A stretch of DNA of 64,000 bases. It comes from a virus (lineage: Duplodnaviria > Caudoviricetes). The translations under genes and the position numbers were made by a program. The stretch lies in IMG/VR virus record IMGVR_UViG_3300031853_000031, positions 4,579 through 68,578 of that record, one strand, 5' to 3'. The notes beneath the pieces were generated by a model. It was not told the DNA's origin. It worked only from the letters and a program-made list of their open reading frames with translations, and searched no databases. This document shows positions 1 to 8,717 of this stretch, one piece after another (the stretch's first letter is position 1; every line of letters begins with the position of its first letter).

Positions 1-150
1 GCTAGTAGCAGTGATTACTCTAAGTGTGGTATAAGTTGTACCGCACAGGCCGCCGATTCATTAACGTTTTCTTGCACGACGGTACCGGGCGTTAATGTAT
101 ACGTTACTGCAATCGTTGTTAATACAACATTACTTGATTTCACTTCCTAA
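1..150 (+). CDS. 3' end of a truncated upstream ORF (tail-fibre accessory-like hypothetical)
   Basis: Frame 1 is open from position 1 to TAA at 148-150 (ASSSDYSKCGISCTAQAADSLTFSCTTVPGVNVYV...), followed by RBS GAAAGGAG of the next gene. Confidence 0.6.
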   Translation, partial: ASSSDYSKCGISCTAQAADSLTFSCTTVPGVNVYVTAIVVNTTLLDFTS

Positions 151-167
151 CTTAGAAAGGAGCCCAA

Positions 168-1145
168 ATGAAACTTCAAATTTTAATACCTCAATATGAG
201 GAATCCGATGAGGTAGTAAAACCATTGCTTGATTCAATTGCCATTCAGCAGAATGTCGACTTTGCTGACATCGGGATCATTATTTGTAATGATGGCTCTG
301 ACGTTTTCTTGTCTGATGAACTTCTTAATTCATATCCTTTTATCGTAGAGTATCATAAAGAACCTCACCGTGGTGTATCCGCGACAAGGGATGCTTGCTT
401 TAATTATTCGACTGCTGACTATGTGATGTTTTGTGACGCTGATGATATGTTTTTCAACATCATAGGTATTTTCCACATCTTATCAGAAACTGAGAAAGGT
501 TTTGACAGTTTGGTATCAACTTTCGTTGAGGAGACTAAAGCGCCTCATAATGGAGAAACTGTATACATAGTACACGGTTTATCCGATCAAACTTTTGTAC
601 ACGGTAAAGTGTATTCCAGACAGTTCTTACTTGATAACAACATTCGATGGAACCACAGTTTAACAATTCATGAGGATTCATTCTTTAACACACTTTGCCT
701 CATGCTAAGCAAAAAGCCGTCTCTTTGCAACGATCCGTTTTATCTTTGGAAATGGAGAGACGACAGCGTTTGCCGGCATGACAAAAAGTATATGCTAAAG
801 ACGTATAACAATATGTTGGATTCTAATGAGGCTTTGCTGGGAGAGTTGCTGTCTCGTAAGATGGAAACCGAAGCTTCTCAGTATTTTGTGTCTATGGTAT
901 TTGACACGTATTATACCATGAATAAGGTAGCGTGGATCAATCAAGAAAATCAGGAATACCGTGTAAACACTGAAAGAAGATTTGCTGATGTGTTTAAACA
1001 TTACAAGTGGTTGTGGGATAAAGCTACAGATGAAGAAAAACTTTATATTTCAAACGCAGTACGATCACGTAGTATTCACGAAGGTATGGCTATGGAATCC
1101 ATCACAATTTCCGATTGGCTTCGCAGAATAGAGGAGTTGGCATGA
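168..1145 (+). CDS. Glycosyltransferase family 2 (GT-A fold)
   Basis: N-terminal ILIPQYE, ICNDGS, HRGVSATRDACF, DxD motif FCDADD and late EDSFF; good RBS. Confidence 0.9.
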   Translation: MKLQILIPQYEESDEVVKPLLDSIAIQQNVDFADIGIIICNDGSDVFLSDELLNSYPFIVEYHKEPHRGVSATRDACFNYSTADYVMFCDADDMFFNIIGIFHILSETEKGFDSLVSTFVEETKAPHNGETVYIVHGLSDQTFVHGKVYSRQFLLDNNIRWNHSLTIHEDSFFNTLCLMLSKKPSLCNDPFYLWKWRDDSVCRHDKKYMLKTYNNMLDSNEALLGELLSRKMETEASQYFVSMVFDTYYTMNKVAWINQENQEYRVNTERRFADVFKHYKWLWDKATDEEKLYISNAVRSRSIHEGMAMESITISDWLRRIEELA

Positions 1146-1522
1146 GTTATATTTACTACAACGCTAACCCGGATGGTAAGCATGTTGGGGATTGCGTGAT
1201 TAGAGCTATAGCAACTGTTATGGATGATACTTGGGATGCCATATCTGCAGACCTTTCTATGATGCAACTTAGGATGCGTGACATGTCTAACTCAGATGCA
1301 GTTTGGGGTGAGTACTTGCACCAGAACGGGTTTGTTAAGGGGATACTACCTCATCCCTGTCCGAACTGTGTGACAGTCAAAGAGTTCTGTGAGATATTTC
1401 CTCATGGTCGGTATGTCGTTGCTACAGGTCACCACGTCATCGCAGTGATAGATGGTAATTATATCGATACTACAGACACCGGAAACGAAGTTCTTATCTA
1501 CTACTGGAGGAGGATAGAATGA
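1142..1522 (+). CDS. Conserved phage protein with possible papain-like Cys-His-Asp triad
   Basis: ATG at 1142 overlaps the upstream stop (ATGA). Motifs GDCVIRAIA, GHHVIAVIDG, IDTTD. The ORF-track start at 1115 is probably too long. Confidence 0.6.
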   Translation: MSYIYYNANPDGKHVGDCVIRAIATVMDDTWDAISADLSMMQLRMRDMSNSDAVWGEYLHQNGFVKGILPHPCPNCVTVKEFCEIFPHGRYVVATGHHVIAVIDGNYIDTTDTGNEVLIYYWRRIE

Positions 1523-1836
1523 TGAATTATGGAGGACAGCAGACACAACAAGGCACTGTCTTTGTGATGTTAGTGAACGGTGAAGATTTGCCAAATTCTT
1601 ACCCGGTGCAGCTTGGTTGTACCGGTATTTTTATCGATTTTACGTCTGGTAAATTCTGGGTAAAGGAGAATCCCAGCGGGGTGCCTAGACCTCTTAGGGT
1701 GTTCTCTTTCAAAGAGGAAACTCCTCAGCCCATGATACCGGCAGCTGGTGCTACGAACTATGTTTCAAGGGAAGAATTTGCGAGTCTTTCAGCAAAGATT
1801 GACCAACTCATAAGTGATCTGGGAGGTGCTAAGTAA
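1519..1836 (+). CDS. Hypothetical protein (cassette gene 2)
   Basis: RBS GGAGGA; coupled to neighbours; ends YVSREEF...LGG. Confidence 0.75.
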   Translation: MMNYGGQQTQQGTVFVMLVNGEDLPNSYPVQLGCTGIFIDFTSGKFWVKENPSGVPRPLRVFSFKEETPQPMIPAAGATNYVSREEFASLSAKIDQLISDLGGAK

Positions 1837-2045
1837 TGTATAATATTATGAACAATATTATAAATGCTTTTGGTGGTTTGCAGAACTTTGCTAACACTGT
1901 CAATCAGACCGATCAGGCACTTAGAGATAGGGGAATCTCTGCTGAGGGTAAAGTTCAAGAGATGGTTAATACCGGTAAGGCTAATCAATCACAGCTTCAA
2001 CTTGCTATGAAAATAGCAGACTTTATGACCGGTAGAAATAGATAA
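1836..2045 (+). CDS. Hypothetical N/Q/M-rich small protein (cassette gene 3)
   Basis: TAATG coupling; 69 aa. Confidence 0.7.
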   Translation: MYNIMNNIINAFGGLQNFANTVNQTDQALRDRGISAEGKVQEMVNTGKANQSQLQLAMKIADFMTGRNR

Positions 2046-2088
2046 CTTATTAACTTATATTTTCACAATACCGAAAGGAGACTTTATT

Positions 2089-2937
2089 ATGGGATTTAGT
2101 GAAAATGGTAATGGCATGGGTCCTGCTGACTTTGCTGCTTTACTTGGCAACAACGGTAATAATAATGGAGATGGTTTATTTGGTGGCGGTAGCTACTGGA
2201 TTATTGTCTTACTTATTATGGTATTCCTTTGTGGTGGACTGGGTAACGGCAACAATGCTGGCAACGTCCTTCCTTATCTTATGATGGGCGGACAGGCTCA
2301 GGCTCCAGCAGCAAGTGTTCAGAGCGGCTTCGATCAGGCTGCTATCATGGGCGCTATTGAGGGTGTTAGAGGCTCAGTAAACCAGGGAGCAGCTGACACC
2401 GCCTTAGGACTTGCTGGAGTTAGTCGGTCTATCTGCGAGGGATTTGGCCAGGCAGAGATTGCTGCTAACAACAGACAGATGGCGTCCATGAATCAGTACT
2501 TCAACGGTCAGATGACTACCATGCAGGGATTCAACACTGTTGGTGGAAAGATCGACATGCTTGGAGCCGATGTTGCAAGGGAGGCTTGTGCTGATAGGCA
2601 GGCAGTATCTGAAGGTCTTATGGCTCTTACTGCCCAGAACAATCAGAACACCAACACTATTGTAAATGCCATTCATGGAGTAGGCCAGGATCTTAAGGAT
2701 CAGCTCTTTGCACAGCAGATGTCTGCGAAAGACGATCTTATTGCTCAGCTTAGACAGGAGAAGGCGTATGCTAATCTGCAGGCTTCTCAGACTGCTCAGA
2801 ACGAAAGGATCGTTGACTCTATCTACAACAGACTTTCAACCTGTCCGGTAGGAACCACTCCGGTTTATGGCCAGACACCAATCTTTACTTGCAACCAGAA
2901 TCAGAATCCGGGCTGTCCATGTGGTGGAAACCTCTAA
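2089..2937 (+). CDS. Gly/Asn-rich protein with hydrophobic segment and Cys-rich C-terminus (cassette gene 4)
   Basis: RBS GAAAGGAG; GGGSYWIIVLLIMVFLCGG hydrophobic stretch; Q/A-rich middle; ends TCNQNQNPGCPCGGNL. Confidence 0.8.
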   Translation: MGFSENGNGMGPADFAALLGNNGNNNGDGLFGGGSYWIIVLLIMVFLCGGLGNGNNAGNVLPYLMMGGQAQAPAASVQSGFDQAAIMGAIEGVRGSVNQGAADTALGLAGVSRSICEGFGQAEIAANNRQMASMNQYFNGQMTTMQGFNTVGGKIDMLGADVAREACADRQAVSEGLMALTAQNNQNTNTIVNAIHGVGQDLKDQLFAQQMSAKDDLIAQLRQEKAYANLQASQTAQNERIVDSIYNRLSTCPVGTTPVYGQTPIFTCNQNQNPGCPCGGNL

Positions 2938-2946
2938 GATAAGGAG

Positions 2947-3423
2947 GTGAAAGCCATGTTATTTGCAGCTTCAAATCCTGGAGTTCAAACTGTTGCTCCG
3001 GGCGCAGCCGCAGTCTTCACTCTTGTAGAAGTGCCAGACATGCAAGGATATGTTAGGCCCAGACTTTCTGCTGGGACCTTCCTTCTTTCGGGTGGACCTT
3101 TTAGGAGAAGAAGATGTTGCTGCTCAAACATTAATCAGACAAGGGATTATGTTTCATCAGTGAAGGCTGATATTGCTGTACCGACAGGCGGAACCGTAGG
3201 AGAGATCTCCATGGCTCTTGCAATTGATGGTACGGCGGTGTCGTCTTCTGGCATGAGCGCAACCCCTGCAGCAGTAGAGGAATATTTCAACATCGCTGAG
3301 ACTATCGCTGTGGATGTCTTCAGAGGCTGCTGTGAGTCTGTAAGCTTTATTAACACTAGCGACCAGCCAATCTTAGTAAGAAACCCGTATATCGTAGTTG
3401 ATTTACCGGCTAATAGGAGGTGA
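2947..3423 (+). CDS. Beta-rich protein, possibly BclA C-terminal/C1q-like fold (cassette gene 5)
   Basis: RBS AAGGAGG; RRRRCCCS and GCCESV Cys clusters; IAVPTGGTVGEISMALAIDG strand pattern. The fold call is an inference. Confidence 0.55.
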   Translation: MKAMLFAASNPGVQTVAPGAAAVFTLVEVPDMQGYVRPRLSAGTFLLSGGPFRRRRCCCSNINQTRDYVSSVKADIAVPTGGTVGEISMALAIDGTAVSSSGMSATPAAVEEYFNIAETIAVDVFRGCCESVSFINTSDQPILVRNPYIVVDLPANRR

Positions 3424-3854
3424 AGATAATGGAAAGTACCTATGAAGAACTTCTTGAGCTTCTTGAGAAAGACATCAAGAAAATTGTTAAGAAGGGGGAT
3501 ATTTCCAAAGAAGACCTTTGCTCTATAAAGGAAGCCACCTCTTCTGTTAAGAATACCGAGGAGATTTTAGCCATGAGAAGGGCTAACAAAATGGGATATT
3601 CTGAAGGCACCATGAGAATGCATTATGGTGTTCCCATGCCTGACCCAGAGTATTCCGGCTACAATTCAGAAAGATCTCCCGTGACAGGTCGCTATATTTC
3701 AAATGGCGTTTCACCCAGAATGCCACACTATCAGGGACATTCTATCAAGGATCGTATGATCGCTTGTTTAGAACCAATGATGGACGAGGCTAAGGGCGAG
3801 TATGAACGCCAGATCGTTATGAATACTATCAACCGTATTCGTAGCGAGATGTAA
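3420..3854 (+). CDS. Hypothetical protein, acidic N-terminus and Y/S/R/G-rich middle (cassette gene 6)
   Basis: GTGA overlap with RBS GGAGG; followed by a hairpin. Confidence 0.75.
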   Translation: MKIMESTYEELLELLEKDIKKIVKKGDISKEDLCSIKEATSSVKNTEEILAMRRANKMGYSEGTMRMHYGVPMPDPEYSGYNSERSPVTGRYISNGVSPRMPHYQGHSIKDRMIACLEPMMDEAKGEYERQIVMNTINRIRSEM

Positions 3855-3865
3855 CTGATAACATA

Positions 3866-3900
3866 AGAGGGCCTCCTTAACCGGGGCTCTCTCACTTTTA
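3866..3900 (+). terminator. Intrinsic terminator after the cassette
   Basis: GAGGGCCTCC-ttaacc-GGGGCTCTC hairpin followed by CACTTTT. Confidence 0.55.
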
Positions 3901-3915
3901 GTAAAGGTTACGAAT

Positions 3916-4572
3916 ATGGCGATTATAAACACTCCGGTTTCTTCCGGAAATGTGAACTTAAAAGACGACACGCCTTCTTCTTTGACTGCTTCTTCAAGAA
4001 CATCTACTTCTGGTAGGGAATATCCGGTAGGTTTAGACGCCGATGAAAATTTATCCGTAAATGTACCTTGGCTTGATATTACTAAAGCTAGAGTTGATTC
4101 CGCATTAGGCGCTGGATCTGGGTCGTTGTTCTATAGACAAGATGGAAAATGGGCTTCTCCGGCTACTGGTGGAATTACTGTTAATACGTTGTATTTTTCA
4201 CGATATGGGCTAAACGTTAGTAGTGGTTGGAATCGCACTTATGTTTCGGCTGTTTCATGGTCAACTTATGCTTTACTTTTTATACATATTGCGATGTTAC
4301 ACCCGGCCGGCAGTAGTGGTTACACCAATTATGAAACTAAAGGAATATGGTATCCAAACCCGAGTATAACCATTCCATTATTTAACGGATTCAAAACTGA
4401 ATATGACTATTATTTTTATCCACTACGTAGAAATGTACCGGAGGGGTCATACAGCAGCCATAATCATCCTTTTGAATGTTTAAACCTTATATCTAGTGGA
4501 TGGGATACATTGGGGTTTTATGACGAAGGGTCTACTACAATAAAGCTTTTAGGCATTTACGGCATAAAGTAA
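3916..4572 (+). CDS. Hypothetical S/Y/G-rich protein, tail-fibre-like composition
   Basis: 218-aa ORF coupled to the lysin (TAATG); weak RBS. Confidence 0.6.
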   Translation: MAIINTPVSSGNVNLKDDTPSSLTASSRTSTSGREYPVGLDADENLSVNVPWLDITKARVDSALGAGSGSLFYRQDGKWASPATGGITVNTLYFSRYGLNVSSGWNRTYVSAVSWSTYALLFIHIAMLHPAGSSGYTNYETKGIWYPNPSITIPLFNGFKTEYDYYFYPLRRNVPEGSYSSHNHPFECLNLISSGWDTLGFYDEGSTTIKLLGIYGIK

Positions 4573-5300
4573 TGAAAACTTTCAATCTAACATCCAAGCA
4601 GATTCAAGGCATCGCTAACATCGTTGCCCATGAGCAAGGCTCTAAGGCTGGAAGATATGCAGAGGCTTCTCAGATTGCTAATCGGGCTGAGTTATATCAT
4701 GGTGGTGATCCGGTAAAGTGTGTCACTTCAGGCTGGTATGCTCACGGCAAATCAAGGTACGCGGCCGGTACGTCTAACGCTCAGGCTATTGCTATTGTTA
4801 AAGACGTATTCTTAAACGGTCACCGTACCTTGCCTATATATGTTGATGAGCATGACTGCATGAGTGATATCGACAAAGTAGTCAATAAGAAGGGACAGAA
4901 CATCAAGTGGAGCAAGTCCAAGTGGAAACCATTTGAGACACTAATCCACAACAAGATGAGTGCTAACTACTACTTTTATTCCTTCCCGGGCGGATGGAAA
5001 ACAGGAGTAGATCCCTTTGGCTACACCGGAAAGAAGAAGTCACCAAGTAACTCAAGCAGCTTCCATTATATTCTAGGAAGTGCACCAGCAGATGAGTGGG
5101 GTAGAATGATGCCAACATTGAAGCGAGGATCAAAAGGAAAAGCAGTCAAGATCTGGCAAACGATTCTTGGAATAAAAGTAACGGGTTCGTTTGGAGAAGG
5201 AACCGAGAAAGCAACGAAGGAATTCCAGAAGAATCACAAGTTGACCGCAGACGGCGTTGTGGGCGGTTTTACTTGGTCAGCCGGAATTGGCGAATTATAA
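4572..5300 (+). CDS. Endolysin: SleB/Hydrolase_2-like catalytic domain plus C-terminal PG_binding_1 domain
   Basis: C-terminus TLKRGSKGKAVKIWQTILG...G.FG..TEKATKEFQKNHKLTADGVVG is a classic PG-binding domain; N-terminus IANIVAHEQG...AEASQIANRA resembles the SleB catalytic Glu helix. Confidence 0.75.
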   Translation: MKTFNLTSKQIQGIANIVAHEQGSKAGRYAEASQIANRAELYHGGDPVKCVTSGWYAHGKSRYAAGTSNAQAIAIVKDVFLNGHRTLPIYVDEHDCMSDIDKVVNKKGQNIKWSKSKWKPFETLIHNKMSANYYFYSFPGGWKTGVDPFGYTGKKKSPSNSSSFHYILGSAPADEWGRMMPTLKRGSKGKAVKIWQTILGIKVTGSFGEGTEKATKEFQKNHKLTADGVVGGFTWSAGIGEL

Positions 5301-5323
5301 AACTGAATATTGTTATTAATACC

Positions 5324-5500
5324 TTATTAGTACAAATTGGCTAAAAGAACCGCTTGATACCTAACTATTATCAATTGATGTAGAATTGAACAAGAGATGC
5401 AAGACGGTCGGCAACCACGCATTATAAGCGGTTCTTCAACGCCAATAGAAGTACTAAGCAGTACTAAAAAGCAGACTATTAGTACAGTATTAGTACTGCT
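5324..5500. other. Probable attP region
   Basis: Non-coding gap between convergent lysin and integrase; AGTAC(T/A) arm-type repeats (about 5329, 5450, 5460, 5481, 5492); 11-bp inverted repeat AAGAACCGCTT 5345-5355 / AAGCGGTTCTT 5426-5436. Confidence 0.65.
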
Positions 5501-6680
5501 TTATTTTACTCATTTCTTTAATCAACCAGGAAGTTGGTCGCTCTGTATAGACAGATTCTGTGATGTCGGCTTTTACGGAGTGGCCAACTATCCTCTTGAT
5601 TGCAAAGTCATCAACGCCATATTTCTTTGCAAGGGAGACGAAGTGTTTTCTGGCGTCATGAAGTCTATGGTCAGGACTTATCCCATAAGCCTTGGTAAAA
5701 GTTTCATACTTTGCTCTAAGAGTGTTGTAGGCATAGGGCTTGCCTTCGTTGGTGACCAGTAACTCATGCCCACTCGCAAGAAAAACTTCGATTATATTTT
5801 TTACCAATGGATGGATTGGGATGATGCGATCACGACCGGCTTCAGTCTTCATGCCGCCAACCATATAACCATCTTCTAAAAAGACGTTGCTTGACTTCAT
5901 AGTGATAACTTCTCTTGGTCTAAGACCGGAATAGCACTGCAGCAGGGTTATTCTTGCAAGAGGTTCATGCTGGTTCTCCCAAAGGATTCTCATCTCATCG
6001 TCGGTGTAGGTGATGTGGGGTTTCTGGGTCTTAACTTCGCCCTTTAACTTATATTCTCTTGCATAGTTCCGATCAGTTATCTCAAACTCAATGGCATAGT
6101 CAAAGAGCTGGTTAAAGAGTTTCTTTATATTTCTCTTAGTGTTCTCGGTTGGGGACTGCTTCTTACCTCGTCTTATAACATATCCTTCTTCCATGCAAAA
6201 CTTAATGTGCTTTATCCTTATCTCTCTAAAGGGTGTATCATAGATCAGATGACAGTAATGGTAAGCCGACTCCACATTCACAAGTGTAGCAGAGGTTATA
6301 TTTTTTGAGTGCCTTGCTATCCACTTGTCATAGACTTCCTTAAAGGTAAGGTCAGATGCTAACTCATACGGCGATTTGTTGTACTCCACAAGAGCCATAT
6401 AAGCATCGTTGTAAGTATCAAAGTAAGCCTGAGGTTTAAGGAGCTTACCAATAGGTCTGCCATTTTCATCCTTACCGACAGTAACCATAGCCCGGTAAGG
6501 TTTTCTAACTCTTCCTTTGATTTTTGTAATTCGTCCAAAACCGTTAGGAAGTCGTAATCGTTTTCTGGAAATTTTCCCGGGTGGGATTTTTGGAAATTGC
6601 TTTTGGGGATTACCACAATGGGGACAAGAGTAGGCTTTGTCTGAAACTTGTAATCCGCATTCTTGACATGTAATCAACAT
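5490..6680 (-). CDS. int: Tyrosine integrase with N-terminal zinc ribbon
   Basis: YSGLRPRE (Arg I), KTEAG (Lys), HDARKHF (HxxR) and IVGH...TESVY (His, Tyr nucleophile); RLPNGFG arm-binding domain; CQEC...CPHC ribbon; RBS AAGGAGG. Confidence 0.95.
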   Translation of the reverse strand: MLITCQECGLQVSDKAYSCPHCGNPQKQFPKIPPGKISRKRLRLPNGFGRITKIKGRVRKPYRAMVTVGKDENGRPIGKLLKPQAYFDTYNDAYMALVEYNKSPYELASDLTFKEVYDKWIARHSKNITSATLVNVESAYHYCHLIYDTPFREIRIKHIKFCMEEGYVIRRGKKQSPTENTKRNIKKLFNQLFDYAIEFEITDRNYAREYKLKGEVKTQKPHITYTDDEMRILWENQHEPLARITLLQCYSGLRPREVITMKSSNVFLEDGYMVGGMKTEAGRDRIIPIHPLVKNIIEVFLASGHELLVTNEGKPYAYNTLRAKYETFTKAYGISPDHRLHDARKHFVSLAKKYGVDDFAIKRIVGHSVKADITESVYTERPTSWLIKEMSKIKQY

Positions 6681-6701
6681 TTGTACTACCTCCTTGTTAG
6701 T

Positions 6702-6730
6702 ACTATAACAGGCGGACGCAAAAAAGACAA
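6702..6730 (-). promoter_or_regulatory. Sigma-A-type integrase promoter overlapping the divergent phage promoter
   Basis: Minus strand TTGTCT-17 bp-TATAGT with TG extended -10; overlaps the CGCAA promoter at 6717-6740. Confidence 0.65.
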
Positions 6731-6746
6731 GTGGTATAATGAAAGA

Positions 6747-6890
6747 AAGTATATAAGAACTTATAGTTAGGTAGAGAGAATCGAAAGACTATTCCGACGC
6801 GGGATGAGGTGAGAAACCTACGAACCGGTACCCGGACTTGAAATACAGACGGAAAGCTATAAGTTTCTAAGTATACAACTCTTGTCTTTT
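6747..6890 (+). ncRNA. Putative structured ncRNA 1 (about 140 nt)
   Basis: Downstream of promoter 6717; no ORF; closing stem AACTTATAGTT 6758-6768 / AGCTATAAGTT 6855-6865 extended by GTATA/TATAC; T-loop-like AGGTGAGAAACCT; ends at a T-run. Confidence 0.65.
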
Positions 6891-6924
6891 TTTTCGCAAA
6901 ATCTACATTGGGTATAATGAAAGG

Positions 6925-7146
6925 AAAGAAAAAACTGATGAAGCCTAAGTGCGTTTTAACGAACGCATACGGTGAGCACGCAGGCTATGTAATCTTTTAA
7001 GGCACTATCATACCGGGAGTGAGCAGAGGGTGATGTGTTATATGCGGCGGCGAGATTACATGAGCGTTAATCTCCAAAGGGGAAAGCCCTAAGTGACGTA
7101 AGTTGGTATCAGTAAATTCGCTTTCTAATCAACGCATTATTTTTTT
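6925..7146 (+). ncRNA. Putative structured ncRNA 2 (about 220 nt)
   Basis: Downstream of promoter 6895; no ORF; stems CTGATG/TATCAG, AGCCT/AGGCT, TGCGTT/AACGCA, ATGTAATCT/AGATTACAT and GGG-GAAA-GCCC; T-run at about 7141. Confidence 0.65.
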
Positions 7147-7148
7147 CA

Positions 7149-7177
7149 TAGACTACCAATGTAACATTTGGTATAAT
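7149..7177 (+). promoter_or_regulatory. Sigma-A-type promoter for the 7200 ORF
   Basis: TAGACT-17 bp-TATAAT with TG extension; the spacer CCAATGTAACATTTGG is near-palindromic. Confidence 0.6.
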
Positions 7178-7199
7178 TTTTCCAAAGGAGGTATTTGAC

Positions 7200-7565
7200 A
7201 TGGGTTTAGTTAATATGAAATGCCCTAATTGTGGAGCGGAGTTGAAGATCGATAAGGATAGGGAAAATGTTTACTGCGAGTATTGCGGTTCTCATGTCTA
7301 TTCTCTAATCAAGACAAAAATCGTAGAAGAACATGTTACTAGGGATGAAACTCAGATAAAGAAAATGGAGATAGAAAAACAAGAACGGGAGAAAATGGAG
7401 AAGTACACAGCCCCATTTCTTACCGGTGATCTCGGCGCAATGCTAATCCTTTTTGGGATACTAGGGGAGTATTCTAATTGGTCTCTATTCACAAAAATAA
7501 TATGTATGATACTAGGCGTTGGCTTACTAATCCTAGCACTGATATTATATTTGAAAAAGAAATAA
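7200..7565 (+). CDS. Zinc-ribbon membrane protein (moron or superinfection-exclusion candidate)
   Basis: CPNCG...CEYCG ribbon; two C-terminal hydrophobic helices; RBS AAAGGAGG. Confidence 0.75.
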   Translation: MGLVNMKCPNCGAELKIDKDRENVYCEYCGSHVYSLIKTKIVEEHVTRDETQIKKMEIEKQEREKMEKYTAPFLTGDLGAMLILFGILGEYSNWSLFTKIICMILGVGLLILALILYLKKK

Positions 7566-7599
7566 TTTTTCGCAAAATCTACAGCGCTTATAATGAAAG

Positions 7600-7806
7600 G
7601 AGGTAGACCGCAAAAGATAAGACGGCATTAGTCATATCTATATACATGTCTATTTCACATCTAAAAGGGAAGTGATGTAATACCAAGCACCTCAAAGGTG
7701 GAAGGGTTGCAGTTTTCGACCAATCGTTCAATGAACGTAATGCGGAAGAGCTGTCCGGAACTGGAGTGTAAGTTGTTTTGGTGGAGCAGCTTCCTCTTTT
7801 CTTTTT
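7600..7806 (+). ncRNA. Putative structured ncRNA 3 (about 200 nt)
   Basis: Downstream of promoter 7571; SD-like AAAGGAGG with no following start codon; hairpins CACCT/AGGTG, GGTTG/CGACC, CGTTC/GAACG and GAAGAGCTG/CAGCTTC; T-run at the end. Confidence 0.5.
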
Positions 7807-7884
7807 GCCTGAACGAAGTGAAGACAAGCGAGCATCGCAAAATTTACACTCCTTATAGTAGAAAGATTAAGGAGGTATATTACC

Positions 7885-8073
7885 ATGAAAAAAGCTATAA
7901 CGATTATATTAAGTGTCATATTCGTATTAATGATTTGTGTTTTTGGAATGACTATTTTTAGCTTTATGGCTATTAATAGAGCGAGTGACGAAATCACAAC
8001 TACCATTGAGCGAATTGAAAACGAAAATGAAAAAGTCGATTTAGATTTAGAAAACTTGGTAAATGAATTCTGA
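7885..8073 (+). CDS. Small N-terminal TM protein
   Basis: Own promoter (7836), RBS AAGGAGG and downstream hairpin repeat. Confidence 0.75.
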   Translation: MKKAITIILSVIFVLMICVFGMTIFSFMAINRASDEITTTIERIENENEKVDLDLENLVNEF

Positions 8074-8178
8074 TTTTTGTCCTGAGCAAGACTTTAAACT
8101 GCTCATATTTTTTTCGCAAAATTTACAACTCCTATAATGAAAGAAGGAACTATAGATTTATTATAGGAGGACAAAACA

Positions 8179-8376
8179 ATGTTAAGAACATTAAATAATA
8201 TAGATGTAACAGAAATTGTTTGGAAACTATTAAAAGAGGTTTTCACCTTTGTAGTAATCTTTTGCTGCGTATGGGTAGCAGTAAAGGTGTCTACATTGGT
8301 AGACTTCAAAGTGTTTGCGTTAGTAATGTTAGGAATTATTTATGTGTTAATGTGTAAATTATCTAAAGATTCGTAG
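8179..8376 (+). CDS. Small two-TM protein
   Basis: Own promoter (8115); RBS AGGAGG. Confidence 0.75.
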   Translation: MLRTLNNIDVTEIVWKLLKEVFTFVVIFCCVWVAVKVSTLVDFKVFALVMLGIIYVLMCKLSKDS

Positions 8377-8510
8377 TTCCTCTTTCAAATCCTGAGCAAG
8401 ATTTAAAACTGCTCATTTTCTTTTTGCCATGATGGGGGATCGAATAAGGCACGCAGGTGACGTTATCTAATTGTAAACTTTCACTTATCAAACTATAAGG
8501 AGGTTTCACA

Positions 8511-8717
8511 ATGATAGCTTTTAGAAAAGGTCACATGCCAGTGTCTGTCGCCGCTAAAATATTCGGTAAGGATGCGAGTTGGGTTAGAGCCGGTATAACG
8601 GAAGGTTGGCTACCCATCGGCATCGTAACAGGTCAGGGTAAGAGGTGTAACTATTATATTTCACCAAAGAAGGTCTATGAGCTTACAGGTTACTTATGGG
8701 AGGGTGAGGAGATATGA
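8511..8717 (+). CDS. HTH DNA-binding protein (Xis-like)
   Basis: PVSVAAKIFGKDASWVRAG HTH; YYISPKK wing; RBS AAGGAGG. Confidence 0.7.
   Translation: MIAFRKGHMPVSVAAKIFGKDASWVRAGITEGWLPIGIVTGQGKRCNYYISPKKVYELTGYLWEGEEI

Noticed and set aside
5397-5762. Track ORF overlapping attP and int
   Set aside because: Antisense shadow of int with no RBS.
6935-7090. Hammerhead ribozyme (CTGATGA at 6935)
   Set aside because: No GAAA directly after the stem-II candidate AGCCT/AGGCT, and no compatible stem III or NUH site.
7588-8006. Track ORFs 7588-7827, 7698-7961 and 7728-8006
   Set aside because: No RBS; they cross promoter and terminator boundaries; 7885-8073 is the supported gene.
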